DNA from: Candidatus Omnitrophota bacterium | Lineage (GTDB): Bacteria; Omnitrophota; Gorgyraeia; Duberdicusellales; 4484-171 | DNA: 64,000 nucleotides | Assembly: GCA_016935525.1 (NCBI GenBank) | Contig: JAFGQU010000016.1 | Location: forward strand, 32,342 to 96,341 | Direction of reading: 5' to 3' | Shown: positions 1 to 9,666 of the stretch, one piece after another | Numbering within the stretch: position 1 is the stretch's first letter | Layout: every line of letters starts with the position of its first letter | The notes under the pieces: generated by a model | Told to the model about the DNA's origin: nothing | The model's input: the letters and a program-made list of their open reading frames with translations, nothing else | Databases searched by the model: none | Translations under genes and position numbers: made by a program

Positions 1-90
1 CGGGCTTTTCAATACAAACCCTTCCGACGACATCCCGTAGGCGGTAAGTGTAGTTACGAGTAAAACGAGAGTTACGAATATTTGTTTCAT
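1..90 (-). CDS. 5' part of a probable YbhB/YbcL (Raf kinase inhibitor-like) exported protein; runs off the window edge
   Basis: Manual translation MKQIFVTLVLLVTTLTAYGMSSEGFVLKSP: signal peptide then FxLxSP, typical of YbhB/YbcL N-termini; AGGAG RBS at 96-100 (-). Confidence 0.5.
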   Translation of the reverse strand, partial: MKQIFVTLVLLVTTLTAYGMSSEGFVLKSP

Positions 91-106
91 AGGGGCTCCT
101 TTTTTT

Positions 107-136
107 CGTAACGCGTAACGCGATACGCGTAACGCG
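107..136. repeat. 7-mer tandem array, family A (CGTAACG)
   Basis: cgtaacg cgtaacg cgatacg cgtaacg cg; reverse-complement copy at 41763-41795. Confidence 0.85.
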
Positions 137-190
137 TGGAGAAAAGATATTATAGCATGATAAGGGGAGAGGGTACAGGGTGCCGGGGAA

Positions 191-218
191 AATTACAATA
201 TACAATAAACAAATTACA
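191..218. repeat. 7-mer tandem array, family B (AATTACA)
   Basis: aattaca atataca ataaaca aattaca. Confidence 0.7.
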
Positions 219-232
219 AAGGGGGAAGGGAT

Positions 233-266
233 GTTAACCCGTTTGCCCGTTATCCCGTTCGCCCGT
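233..266. repeat. 8-mer tandem array, family C (GTTNNCCC)
   Basis: gttaaccc gtttgccc gttatccc gttcgccc gt; related copies at 7145, 37920 and 39358. Confidence 0.85.
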
Positions 267-288
267 GAGGAAGAAAGGTGAAGGGGAA

Positions 289-525
289 TTAGCTCAATTC
301 AGATATTAGTTTTTTGCCTCTTGGAGAATCTACAGGAACCATGTTGGACGCGCCACATTTGGGGCATGCTTCATAACGAGAAGTTAATCGCCAGAGAGAA
401 TATATAATGCCTGGCACAATAAACATAATCCATAAAGCTAATTCAATAATAAAACTCCCTTTTGTTACAACTTTTGCATGTCCTGAATTACCACAATTTG
501 GACATATCAAATCTTTCGCCATCAT
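289..525 (-). CDS. small membrane protein with two CxxC zinc-ribbon halves flanking a hydrophobic (YqaE/Pmp3-like) segment
   Basis: CPNC...IIELALWIMFIVPGIIYSLW...CPKC; AGGAG upstream. Confidence 0.7.
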   Translation of the reverse strand: MMAKDLICPNCGNSGHAKVVTKGSFIIELALWIMFIVPGIIYSLWRLTSRYEACPKCGASNMVPVDSPRGKKLISELS

Positions 526-600
526 TCATCTCCTACATCCATTTTTTCTCTTGTATTTCCTTCTATCATCCGACTTCACCTGTATAAAAACGTAACTTTT

Positions 601-969
601 TTATTCAATAGAAATCTCTAAAGGTTGTACGGGATTTGTTTCTATATATGAGTAATCTTTGACTACGCCGTTATCATCAAAATTAATTGTAAGGCCGTAT
701 GATGATGCCTGATAACTTGAGGTGAAAAGCCCAGATCTATGTTTTGACTTAGCTAACGAATAAGTCCACATTGTTCCTAATATGCCGGTTCGCATTTTTG
801 ACATGGGCTCACCGAACATAGTTAGTATTTCTGCTTGGGTTGTTGCTCCTTTAACGATTTTACTCACATTCTCCGGGATAATGTTTTTATTACCGTAAGT
901 TGTCTTCATCGTACTAGCACACCCACTAATTAAAATTAAGCCGATTATGATTAGATAAAATTGTTTCAT
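601..969 (-). CDS. lipoprotein, SmpA/OmlA (BamE-like) domain
   Basis: Lipobox ISGC; KIVKGATTQAEILTMFGEP and INFDDNGVVKDY motifs; AAGGAG RBS. Confidence 0.7.
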   Translation of the reverse strand: MKQFYLIIIGLILISGCASTMKTTYGNKNIIPENVSKIVKGATTQAEILTMFGEPMSKMRTGILGTMWTYSLAKSKHRSGLFTSSYQASSYGLTINFDDNGVVKDYSYIETNPVQPLEISIE

Positions 970-1018
970 AAAATCTCCTTTATCACATTAATACCCGCTG
1001 GATTGAGTTGCCTATGAT

Positions 1019-1492
1019 TTATTTAAGTATCCATTTCCCATAAATATTGGGATTTGAAGTTTCACTGCCTCTCGCTTTTGTCTCACGAAAACTCTTTTCT
1101 GCAAAATGGTCTTTCAAGGATATTGTAATTTCAATATCCGCCACAGGGGCTTCTCGTTTTGCCTTTATTGTATTATCGGAGTAATCTATTATCTGATAAA
1201 CAGATCGTTGGTGATAAAGTAGATTCTCTTTTAAGATCGGTTGTTCTTTTGGTGTCCAGATAAAAGATTCAATCTCTTCACATGTCATGTCGTTAGTATC
1301 GCAGGATATAGATGCGAAATTAATTTTAGGAATAATGCCCAGACTGGTAGCCAATATTATTCCCCATCGTCCTTCTGCGAATACCAAATTTCCTTTTTGA
1401 ACTATATTTTTTTCAGGAGTTTCTATTCTATTTATGTCCGAACACCCTGCAAGGAGGATTATGGAAGATATAAGAAATATTATTTTATTCAT
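1019..1492 (-). CDS. hypothetical lipoprotein
   Basis: Signal peptide with LAGC lipobox; 157-aa ORF in AT-rich DNA. Confidence 0.65.
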   Translation of the reverse strand: MNKIIFLISSIILLAGCSDINRIETPEKNIVQKGNLVFAEGRWGIILATSLGIIPKINFASISCDTNDMTCEEIESFIWTPKEQPILKENLLYHQRSVYQIIDYSDNTIKAKREAPVADIEITISLKDHFAEKSFRETKARGSETSNPNIYGKWILK

Positions 1493-1544
1493 TCTAATCG
1501 CTATACGCTATCCCTAGTCCGTTGGATTGAGTTTTTATGGGTTG

Positions 1545-1946
1545 TTAATATCCATAAGGATCATTATCTTCAGTATATCTTGGTGGATTCCAGTGGGGAT
1601 TATCTACAAAATGCACAAATTTGCAATCAGGTGTAGGACATTTATACTCCGTACTGGATACAAGTGTTCTAATTACTAAATGCGTTTTTCTTTTTTTTGA
1701 TCCCCCACAACCAGGACAATAAGGATATTCTTCTCCTTCAATATAATAGAATTTCCCATCAAATTTCATTTTTTGAGAATCATCGAGTTGCTTTTCTAAT
1801 TCTCTTATTTTTTTATCTTTTTCAGTGTTTGAATTCGATAATTCTAATGCTTGAGTTTGTATGTTAAGTATCTTCTGGTAGAGTTCAATATTATCCAGTT
1901 TTTGAACCACTCCAACTACATCTTTGAAATTTTCATATAATCCCAT
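1545..1946 (-). CDS. hypothetical protein (coiled coil plus C-terminal zinc ribbon)
   Basis: Coiled-coil N-terminal half; CPGC...CPTPDC; GAGG upstream. Confidence 0.65.
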   Translation of the reverse strand: MGLYENFKDVVGVVQKLDNIELYQKILNIQTQALELSNSNTEKDKKIRELEKQLDDSQKMKFDGKFYYIEGEEYPYCPGCGGSKKRKTHLVIRTLVSSTEYKCPTPDCKFVHFVDNPHWNPPRYTEDNDPYGY

Positions 1947-1981
1947 AAATCCTCTTTTTCTCTGTATCCCAACGCGTTAGG

Positions 1982-2250
1982 TGAACTTGTTAGTTTTCAT
2001 CTATGGTCTATGGACTATCGACAGGCTTTCCTAGGCAGGTAATTCCAATTATACCGCTATTTTTACTATTATCCCAGTCAAAAAACCCCCCTTATTCTAT
2101 TGGCGATTTTTACCATATCACACCTACGAGGTGTGATATTGAGGTTTAACGCCCTCGCAGGTAACCTTCTTGGCAATTCGTAGGTTGCCAAAGAGTTGTA
2201 AAATACCCCTGTTTTTACGTGTGACTATGTGTCTATGTGACCTTGTGACT
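1982..2250. repeat. duplicated intergenic module, copy 1 (family D 7-mers, promoter-like segment, family E 8-mers)
   Basis: ttttcatctatggtc..ctatggactatcgacaggctttcct..tccaattataccgctattt..agtcaaaaaa..tttttacgtgtgac is shared with 3094-3260. Confidence 0.85.
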
Positions 2251-2290
2251 TTCGTCTTCGGCGGGGGATTGAGTTGTTAGGTTGAAATTA

Positions 2291-2926
2291 TTACCAGGAA
2301 CTGGGTTTACGAATTTCTTTGCCGTCGGATAGAATTACCGGATCAGGTAATTTATGGCGCAGGTATTGTTTTTTACTTATAGAAAAAGAGCCGGGAGCTA
2401 ATGAGAGTAATTCTTTATTTTTTCGAGCGAACGGAAAAGCGAATAGTATTTTTTTCTTTGGAAATAATTCAGTACACCTTCTCACGGCCGGGGAGAGATC
2501 GGTGTCGCCGGATATAATAACCACGCTATCGCAGGAATCAGTGAAAAGGATTTCTAGTAATTTTACGCCGATCGCGACATCGGTCTCTTTTTCTTCGTGT
2601 TTCAAGATCATACTTTTACATTGATCACAAAACACTTCTTTTTCTTTAAACCGTCCAAGCTCAACCTTGATACCTAACGATTCAAGACAGGTAATGTAAT
2701 TCTTATGTTTTGTGATTTTGCCGGGATCTTTCGCGCTTAAGTAGTGCGCTAACGCTGAAAAATAGTAGATGTCTTGAAGCCGAGCGTCTTTGCCGAATAA
2801 ATTCAGGTATGAGCTGCAGAGTGATGATAGATTAAGCCATTTTGCGCGATAGCCGGTACTCTTTTTCAGGCTTAAAATGGAATGGTAGACATTAAACCCG
2901 TCGATTAAAAATGTTACTCTATTCAT
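2291..2926 (-). CDS. NYN domain (LabA/DUF88, PIN-like fold) putative ribonuclease
   Basis: FLIDGFNVYH, EEKETDVAI and ISGDTDLSP motifs with a CxxC insert; start moved to the ATG at 2926 because the upstream extension runs through a terminator. Confidence 0.9.
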   Translation of the reverse strand: MNRVTFLIDGFNVYHSILSLKKSTGYRAKWLNLSSLCSSYLNLFGKDARLQDIYYFSALAHYLSAKDPGKITKHKNYITCLESLGIKVELGRFKEKEVFCDQCKSMILKHEEKETDVAIGVKLLEILFTDSCDSVVIISGDTDLSPAVRRCTELFPKKKILFAFPFARKNKELLSLAPGSFSISKKQYLRHKLPDPVILSDGKEIRKPSSW

Positions 2927-2932
2927 ATAAAT

Positions 2933-2962
2933 AAAAAAACCTCTGGATCGTAACCCAGAGGT
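2933..2962 (-). terminator. intrinsic terminator directly upstream of the NYN gene
   Basis: Minus strand ACCTCTGG-GTTACGAT-CCAGAGG followed by T7. Confidence 0.75.
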
Positions 2963-3002
2963 GGCTAGTGAGATAAATCCCACTAGGGATGATTACATTT
3001 AA

Positions 3003-3031
3003 AATATATAACATTTTACCAATATTGTCAA
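3003..3031 (-). promoter_or_regulatory. sigma70 promoter for the NYN leader RNA
   Basis: Minus strand TTGACA-17 bp-TATATT. Confidence 0.75.
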
Positions 3032-3093
3032 TAATCATGATTTTTCCCTAATATACCAATAACTATCGATTTTTTCACGTGTTTCACGTTTCA

Positions 3094-3265
3094 TGAATTT
3101 GTTGATTTTCATCTATGGTCTATTGACTATGGACTATCGACAGGCTTTCCTGGGCAAGTATCCAATTATACCGCTATTTCTCTGTCTGGAAAAGTCAAAA
3201 AATCCCCCATTTCCCCCTCTATTTTTACGTGTGACCTTGTGACTATGTGACCTTGTGACCTGTAT
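3094..3265. repeat. duplicated intergenic module, copy 2
   Basis: Homologous to 1982-2250, with one extra 7-mer unit and without the 2095-2205 insert; 3227-3265 is identical (39 bp) to 4301-4339. Confidence 0.85.
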
Positions 3266-3276
3266 TTATAAACTTC

Positions 3277-3325
3277 TTGCCCAATATCCCTCTTGTAATA
3301 TAATAAGGTTTACAATATATAGTAT
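3277..3325 (+). promoter_or_regulatory. candidate promoter of nadX-uvrA with an adjacent palindromic operator-like box
   Basis: TTGCCC-16 bp-TATAAT followed by TACAATATATAGTA. Confidence 0.45.
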
Positions 3326-3340
3326 TATTAACGTATTTCC

Positions 3341-3374
3341 ACGTGTGACGTGTGACCTTGTGACTATGTGACCT
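3341..3374. repeat. 8-mer array, family E (NTGTGACY)
   Basis: acgtgtgacgtgtgaccttgtgactatgtgacct, ending about 9 bp before the nadX ATG. Confidence 0.85.
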
Positions 3375-3383
3375 CGAATAATT

Positions 3384-4187
3384 ATGACTAATAAACTAAA
3401 GATTGGGATAATCGGCTGCGGGGCGATCGGCATGAAAACTGCCGAATATATCGTCACGGAACTTCGTGAGAAAACCGAACTGGTCGGCCTGTACGATAAA
3501 GATCCGGATAAACTTTCCGCGTTAAAAAGGATCGCGTCCGGTAAGATCGTGACCGATCTTGACGGTATTTTGAAAGAAGCCGATCTTATTGTGGAAGCGG
3601 CAAGTAAAGAAGCCGTACGTGACCTTATCCCGCGTATCGTTCAATATAATAAAGATCTTATTGTAATAAGTGTCGGCGCGTTTGTCGTGTATCCCGAAAT
3701 CTTAGAGATGACGAAACAATGTAAAGGGAACATCTATGTCCCGTCGGGGGCGATCATCGGGATCGACGGACTGAACAGCCTGCGGTTCGGGAACGTACGG
3801 TCGTTGACCCTTACGACCGCAAAACCTCCGCGATCGCTTAAAGGTGTGAAAACTGCCGACGGAGAAGCGGTCGAATCGGTAAAAGAAGAGAAAGTGTTGT
3901 TTGAAGGGGATATCATGCAGGCAATAAAACTGTTCCCGCGTAACATCAATGTCGCGGCAACGATATTCCTCGCGTCACGGTATGAAAACGTGAAAGTGAT
4001 CGTAAAAGTGAATCCGGCGCTTGAGAGGAACACGCATCGTATCGAGATCGACGCGGAGGAGGCGAAAATGCGGGTTGAAGTCGAGAATATTCCGTCAAAA
4101 GATAATCCGCGGACAAGTTATCTTACGATCCTTTCGATAAAAAGTATTTTACAGCGGATTACGTCGAACCTTAAGATTGGGAGTTAA
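3384..4187 (+). CDS. nadX: L-aspartate dehydrogenase (DUF108)
   Basis: GIIGCGAIG Rossmann motif; [27 protein letters not shown] and NPRTSYL motifs. Confidence 0.9.
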   Translation: MTNKLKIGIIGCGAIGMKTAEYIVTELREKTELVGLYDKDPDKLSALKRIASGKIVTDLDGILKEADLIVEAASKEAVRDLIPRIVQYNKDLIVISVGAFVVYPEILEMTKQCKGNIYVPSGAIIGIDGLNSLRFGNVRSLTLTTAKPPRSLKGVKTADGEAVESVKEEKVLFEGDIMQAIKLFPRNINVAATIFLASRYENVKVIVKVNPALERNTHRIEIDAEEAKMRVEVENIPSKDNPRTSYLTILSIKSILQRITSNLKIGS

Positions 4188-4191
4188 TAAA

Positions 4192-4335
4192 AGTCACACG
4201 ACACACGCCCGCCTGTCGGCGAGCTAGTCACATAGACACACGTAAACCTGCTTCGCAGGTTGATTACACAACACATTTTAATTGTATTTTCTTTCTCTTC
4301 ACGTGTGACCTTGTGACTATGTGACCTTGTGACCT
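4192..4335. repeat. family E inverted arm pair containing two mini-hairpins
   Basis: GTCACA-type arm 4192-4243 and TGTGAC-type arm 4301-4335; hairpins gcccgcctgtcggcgagc (4207-4224) and aacctgcttcgcaggtt (4245-4261). Confidence 0.85.
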
Positions 4336-4343
4336 GTATAACT

Positions 4344-7130
4344 ATGATCGATACCATAAAAATCCAAGGCGCGAAAGAACATAATCTCCAGAACATCAGT
4401 GTAGAGATACCGAAGAACAAACTGGTCGTCGTGACCGGTGTATCGGGTTCAGGGAAATCGTCGCTCGCGTTTGATACCATTTATGCCGAAGGGCAACGCC
4501 GGTATGTCGAAAGTCTGTCCAGTTATGCCCGCCAGTTTCTTGAACAGTTACAGAAACCGCACGTCGATCATATCGAAGGGTTATCGCCGGCAATCGCGAT
4601 AGAACAACGTACTGCCGGCGGCTCGCCACGGTCGATCGTCGCGACCCAGACCGAAATATACGATTACCTGCGTTTATTGTTTGCCCGGATCGGGATACCT
4701 CATTGTTATAGTTGCGGAAAACCCGTCGTCCGGCAGACCTCAAGTGAGATCATCGAACGAGTGTTATCGTTAGGGAAAGACCATCGTATCCATATTTTAG
4801 CGCCGCTGGTACGCGGGAAAAAAGGTACGTACGAATCGTTGTTTGAGCGGCTTGTCAAGGAAGGGTTTCGCCGGGTACGCGTCGATGGGAAGACGTATGA
4901 TCTGGATGAAAAGATAAAACTCGACCGGTACCGGGCCCATACGATCGAGATCGTGATCGACCGGATAATGGTCGCGCCGAAATATAAACAACGTATTGCC
5001 GATTCGGTCGAGATCGCCCTGAAATATACGCAAGGATTGATCGGGATATACGATGAAACCGGGAATAAAGAACATCTGTTTAATACCCAGTTCAGTTGTC
5101 CGGATTGTGATGTAAGTTTCGCGGAACTCGAACCGCGGATGTTTTCGTTTAATTCCCCGTTCGGTGCCTGTCCGGAATGTAACGGGTTAGGGATGCATCT
5201 GGAGTTTGATCCTGAATTAGTCGTGTCCGACACGTCCCGCGCGTTAAGTGAAGGGGCGATCGAACCGTGGCGGCGCGGGTCAAAAGGGTATATGATGTAT
5301 TATCGCAGCCTTCTGCGGGAAGTTGCCGATGCGATCGGAGTCGATTGGGCACGTACGCCGTTTAAAAAAATACCGAAAAAACTGCAAAAAGTCGTCCTGT
5401 ACGGCGATAAGAACCTGTATATCTGGGATAAACCGTATGAAGGAGTGATCCCGCGTCTGGAACGGGTGTTCCGGGAGACCGATTCGGATTATGTGAAACA
5501 CGAACTTACCCAATATATGTCGAAACTCCCGTGCCCGAAGTGTCAGGGGATGCGGTTGAAACCGGAGAGTCTGGCGGTATTTATTGCCGGTAAATCTATC
5601 TGGGATGTCGTGAAGATGAGTATTGCCGAATGTGACGAGTTTTTTACGAACCTGAATTTATCGTCTTACCAACAGAAAATCGCGTATAATGCCCTTAAAG
5701 AGATAAAGAAACGCCTGCAGTTCTGTCTGCGGGTCGGGGTCGATTATCTTACTCTCGATCGGTTGTCTTCGAGCCTGTCCGGAGGAGAATCGCAACGGAT
5801 AAAACTTGCCACGCAAATCGGATCGGCCTTAAGCGGGGTGATCTATATTCTCGATGAACCGACCATAGGGTTACATCCCCGGGATAATACGAAACTGATT
5901 GAAACGCTTAAAAACTTGAGAGATGTCGGGAATACCGTGATCGTCGTCGAACATGACGAAGAGATGATCGAAAGTTCCGATTGGCTGGTAGATCTGGGGC
6001 CCGGCGCGGGTATCCATGGCGGAAAAATCGTGTTTAACGGTCCCAAAGAGAAGATACCGCAGTCTTCACTTACCGGGCAATACCTGCTCGGTAAAAAACA
6101 GATCGCGGTACCCGCCGCACGGCGTCCGGTGCAGAAAGGGATGTCCCTTACCGTACGCGGCGCGTCCGAACATAACCTTAAACATATCGATATCGAAATA
6201 CCGTTAGGCGTGTTTGTGTGTGTGACCGGGGTATCGGGATCAGGTAAATCGACGTTAGTCGAAGATATCCTTTACAAGACTCTTGCCCGTGAGCTTTACG
6301 ATTCGAAAGAGAAACCGGGTGAGTACCGGTCGATCGAAGGGTTAAAGAATATCGATAAAGTGATCATTGTCGATCAGACTCCTATCGGCCGGACACCGCG
6401 GTCGAACCCGGCGACCTATACCGGCGCGTTTACGTATATTCGTGAAGTGTTCAGCCAGTTACCGGAATCTAAAGTACGGGGATATAAACCGGCCCGGTTC
6501 AGTTTTAACGTTTCGGGGGGCAGGTGCGAAGCGTGCCGGGGTGACGGGATAAAAAAGATCGAGATGCATTTTTTACCGGACGTGTACGTACCGTGCGAAG
6601 TGTGCGCGGGGCACCGGTTCAATAATGAGACGCTGGAAATACGGTTTAAAGGGAAAAATATTTCCGATGTACTGGATATGAGTATGGAAGAAGCGTACCG
6701 GTTGTTCGAGAATTTTCCCCGGATACGGAATATCGTCGAAACGCTCAAAGATGTCGGGTTAGGATATATCAAAGTAGGCCAGTCGGCGACTACTCTTTCG
6801 GGCGGTGAAGCGCAACGGATAAAGTTAGCCGCGCAGTTAAGGAAAAAAGGGACCGGTAAGACTATCTATATTCTCGATGAACCGACGACCGGGCTGCATT
6901 TCGATGATACCCGTAAACTCCTTGCGGTACTGCAACGGCTGGTCGATAAAAAAAATACGGTTTTGGTTATCGAGCATAATATGGATGTGGTAAAATGTTG
7001 TGATTATGTGATCGATCTTGGCCCGGGCGGAGGAAATAACGGGGGCGAGGTGGTCGCCGCGGGCAGCCCTGAAGATATCCTGAAAGCCAAGAGGTCGTAT
7101 ACGGGTAAGTTCTTGAAAGAAAAACTGTGA
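4344..7130 (+). CDS. uvrA: excinuclease ABC subunit A
   Basis: Two GVSGSGKS Walker A motifs, LSGGE signatures, zinc fingers, [15 protein letters not shown]; start set to ATG 4344. Confidence 0.98.
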   Translation: MIDTIKIQGAKEHNLQNISVEIPKNKLVVVTGVSGSGKSSLAFDTIYAEGQRRYVESLSSYARQFLEQLQKPHVDHIEGLSPAIAIEQRTAGGSPRSIVATQTEIYDYLRLLFARIGIPHCYSCGKPVVRQTSSEIIERVLSLGKDHRIHILAPLVRGKKGTYESLFERLVKEGFRRVRVDGKTYDLDEKIKLDRYRAHTIEIVIDRIMVAPKYKQRIADSVEIALKYTQGLIGIYDETGNKEHLFNTQFSCPDCDVSFAELEPRMFSFNSPFGACPECNGLGMHLEFDPELVVSDTSRALSEGAIEPWRRGSKGYMMYYRSLLREVADAIGVDWARTPFKKIPKKLQKVVLYGDKNLYIWDKPYEGVIPRLERVFRETDSDYVKHELTQYMSKLPCPKCQGMRLKPESLAVFIAGKSIWDVVKMSIAECDEFFTNLNLSSYQQKIAYNALKEIKKRLQFCLRVGVDYLTLDRLSSSLSGGESQRIKLATQIGSALSGVIYILDEPTIGLHPRDNTKLIETLKNLRDVGNTVIVVEHDEEMIESSDWLVDLGPGAGIHGGKIVFNGPKEKIPQSSLTGQYLLGKKQIAVPAARRPVQKGMSLTVRGASEHNLKHIDIEIPLGVFVCVTGVSGSGKSTLVEDILYKTLARELYDSKEKPGEYRSIEGLKNIDKVIIVDQTPIGRTPRSNPATYTGAFTYIREVFSQLPESKVRGYKPARFSFNVSGGRCEACRGDGIKKIEMHFLPDVYVPCEVCAGHRFNNETLEIRFKGKNISDVLDMSMEEAYRLFENFPRIRNIVETLKDVGLGYIKVGQSATTLSGGEAQRIKLAAQLRKKGTGKTIYILDEPTTGLHFDDTRKLLAVLQRLVDKKNTVLVIEHNMDVVKCCDYVIDLGPGGGNNGGEVVAAGSPEDILKAKRSYTGKFLKEKL

Positions 7131-7144
7131 TAGAGAAGATACAA

Positions 7145-7198
7145 GTTCACCCGTTTGCCCGTTACCCCGTTCACCCGTTGGGGAGAAATCGTAACGCG
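7145..7198. repeat. family C 8-mer array followed by a family A remnant
   Basis: gttcaccc gtttgccc gttacccc gttcaccc gtt ... cgtaacgcg. Confidence 0.8.
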
Positions 7199-7215
7199 GA
7201 AGAAAATAGAGAGAC

Positions 7216-9666
7216 ATGAATAGGAGATCAAAAAATATCAGAATAGGTGTGAAAATATTTATTTTCGCGGTAGTGATCATCAGTATCGCCGGTATCCATC
7301 CGGTCTTGTGCGCCGATAAAGGCGAAGAAGCGTTTTATGTCGCGGAAAAAGCGTATATGGATAAGTTTTACCAGGCCAGCGGTACTCTGTTTGAAAAGTT
7401 TATTCAGGATTTCCCGCAAAACAACCGGGTCGTGACGGCCCAGCTGTATATCGCTAAATCGCTCTATTTTCAGGAACAGTACGTGAAAGCGCTGAATATG
7501 TTAGAACAGTTAAAACGTGACCCGAAAGCGAAAAGTATCGCCGATCAGGTCGATTATTGGTTAGGACAGGTATCGTTCCAGGGGAAAAATTTTACCCAGG
7601 CGCTCGAATATGCCCAGAAGATCGTCGATACTTATCCTGATTCGCCGCTACGGGGATGGGGATATTATCTTGCCGCGGAATGTTATGCCCAGTTAGGCGA
7701 ATATGATGAAAGTGAAAAAACGCTTAAACTGATCCTGGACGAAAGTCAGGACCAGAAACTTATCGAAAAAGCCGTCCTGGACCTCCTTGAGACGTATTAT
7801 GTCCAGCAAAACTATACCGCGCTCGTGAGTGAAGCCGAACGGTTAGAGGAGCGCCTGGTGACCGATGAAGCGAAATCGCAGTTATTGTTTTATAAAGGCG
7901 AAGGCCTGTACGGCCGGGGAGATTTTGCGTTAGCAAAAGAAGTATTTGAGAAAGGGTTGAAATTCTCATCCGCAGAGAACCTGACCGACCTCTATTTACA
8001 GCGGTTAGGCGATTGCCTGTTCGCTCTGGGGAATGCCGCGCAGGCGAAACTCCAGTACGATAAGATAACGTCTTCCGAGATCAGCAGTTATTCGTTTGTC
8101 ACCTATTATCGTAACCTGAAACAGTGCCAGGATGTGCTTTCAAAAAGCGCGGACTTTATTGCCGGGTTTCCTTACAGTAAATATGTCCCCCAGGTATATC
8201 TTTATCAAGCCGATTGTCTGTATGAGACCGGCCGGATCCAGGATGCGCTCGGTATATATCAGAAGATCCTTACCGAACTGAGTGATTCCTCACCCCGTAA
8301 CGTCATCGATCAGGCTCATTACGGCCTGGCCTGGTGTTACCTGAAAATAGGAGAGTTCAAAAAAGCGATCGACGAGTTCAAAAATACCATCCAGTTTACG
8401 GCTAATTCGATCGTACGGATAAGTTCTCAGATCCAGATCGCCGACGCGTACCAGGAAAAAGAGATGCATGAAGCGGCGCTCCAGACCTATAACCAGATCC
8501 TTAAAGAATACCCTAATAACGTGTATTCCGATTATATCCAGTTCCAGATCGGGATGATCTTTCTCAGGAACGACCGGCTGGAAGAGGCGAAGTTCAGTTT
8601 TAAGAATTTAGAGAAAAACTTTCCTGAATCGAAATTGATCCCGCAGGCCCGTTATTATCTTGCCGCGAGCTATTTTTCCGAAGGGAACTATCCGGCCGCT
8701 CAGGATATTCTCGATGATTTTCCTAAAGATTTTCCCGGGAATAACCTCAGTGATCGGGCGCGGTATCTTTACGGGAAATGCGAGTTTAATCAGGGTAAAT
8801 ATAATGATGCGTTGGATATTTTTCAGAACCTTATTAAAACTACCGTCGATAACGAACTGAAACAGGTGATATGGATCGATACCGCGTACGTGTATATCAA
8901 TCTTAATAAATATGACCAGGCAAAAAACACGCTCGGGGAGTTTACCCAGCGGTTTAAACGGTCCCGTTACCTGCCTTCGGTACTGCTTAATCTCGGCAGC
9001 CTGTATGAACGGGAACGCGACCCGGTGAAAGCGAAAAAATATTATACCGAGATCGTCGAGAACTATTCCGGTCATTCGCTGATGTATGAGGCGAAACTCG
9101 CGTTAGCCCATCTGTCCTGGCAGGAAGGCGATCTGACCGGTGCCAAAAAATATCTTCAGGAATTGATCAACAGCACCAATACGACCGCGAAACAACGGGC
9201 GACTCTTTCTCTGGCGGATATCTACGCTCAAAACGGCGATACCCAGGAAGCGTTTAAACTTTATGAAGAACTGATCAAACTGGACGGGAACTTCAGTAAA
9301 GCGGCCCTGGCAAAAAAAGGGATGTTACTTAAAGAGACGAACCGTTACGCCGAAGCCGTGACTACTATCCGCCGGGCCCTTGAACGCGGGATAAAAGACC
9401 CGCAACTGCATTTCGCGTTAGGGTATTCTCTGGAAAAGATGAATGCCGCCAAAGAGGCGCTCGCGGAATATTTTAAGATCATATATCTTTATGATGAACT
9501 CAAGTATAAAGTAAAAGCGTATTTCCGTATTGCCAAGATCTACGAAGATCAGAACCGCCTGGTCCAGGCCCGGGAGATGTATGAAAAGGTCATCGGCTTA
9601 AACGCGGAAGAGGCGAAGATCGCGAAGTTAAGGATCGAAGAGATAGATACACAGTTGGGGAAATAA
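7216..9666 (+). CDS. exported tetratricopeptide-repeat protein (BamD/CpoB-like repeats)
   Basis: Signal peptide and many TPR units of the form F...FP.S...A.Y.LA..Y. Confidence 0.85.
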   Translation: MNRRSKNIRIGVKIFIFAVVIISIAGIHPVLCADKGEEAFYVAEKAYMDKFYQASGTLFEKFIQDFPQNNRVVTAQLYIAKSLYFQEQYVKALNMLEQLKRDPKAKSIADQVDYWLGQVSFQGKNFTQALEYAQKIVDTYPDSPLRGWGYYLAAECYAQLGEYDESEKTLKLILDESQDQKLIEKAVLDLLETYYVQQNYTALVSEAERLEERLVTDEAKSQLLFYKGEGLYGRGDFALAKEVFEKGLKFSSAENLTDLYLQRLGDCLFALGNAAQAKLQYDKITSSEISSYSFVTYYRNLKQCQDVLSKSADFIAGFPYSKYVPQVYLYQADCLYETGRIQDALGIYQKILTELSDSSPRNVIDQAHYGLAWCYLKIGEFKKAIDEFKNTIQFTANSIVRISSQIQIADAYQEKEMHEAALQTYNQILKEYPNNVYSDYIQFQIGMIFLRNDRLEEAKFSFKNLEKNFPESKLIPQARYYLAASYFSEGNYPAAQDILDDFPKDFPGNNLSDRARYLYGKCEFNQGKYNDALDIFQNLIKTTVDNELKQVIWIDTAYVYINLNKYDQAKNTLGEFTQRFKRSRYLPSVLLNLGSLYERERDPVKAKKYYTEIVENYSGHSLMYEAKLALAHLSWQEGDLTGAKKYLQELINSTNTTAKQRATLSLADIYAQNGDTQEAFKLYEELIKLDGNFSKAALAKKGMLLKETNRYAEAVTTIRRALERGIKDPQLHFALGYSLEKMNAAKEALAEYFKIIYLYDELKYKVKAYFRIAKIYEDQNRLVQAREMYEKVIGLNAEEAKIAKLRIEEIDTQLGK

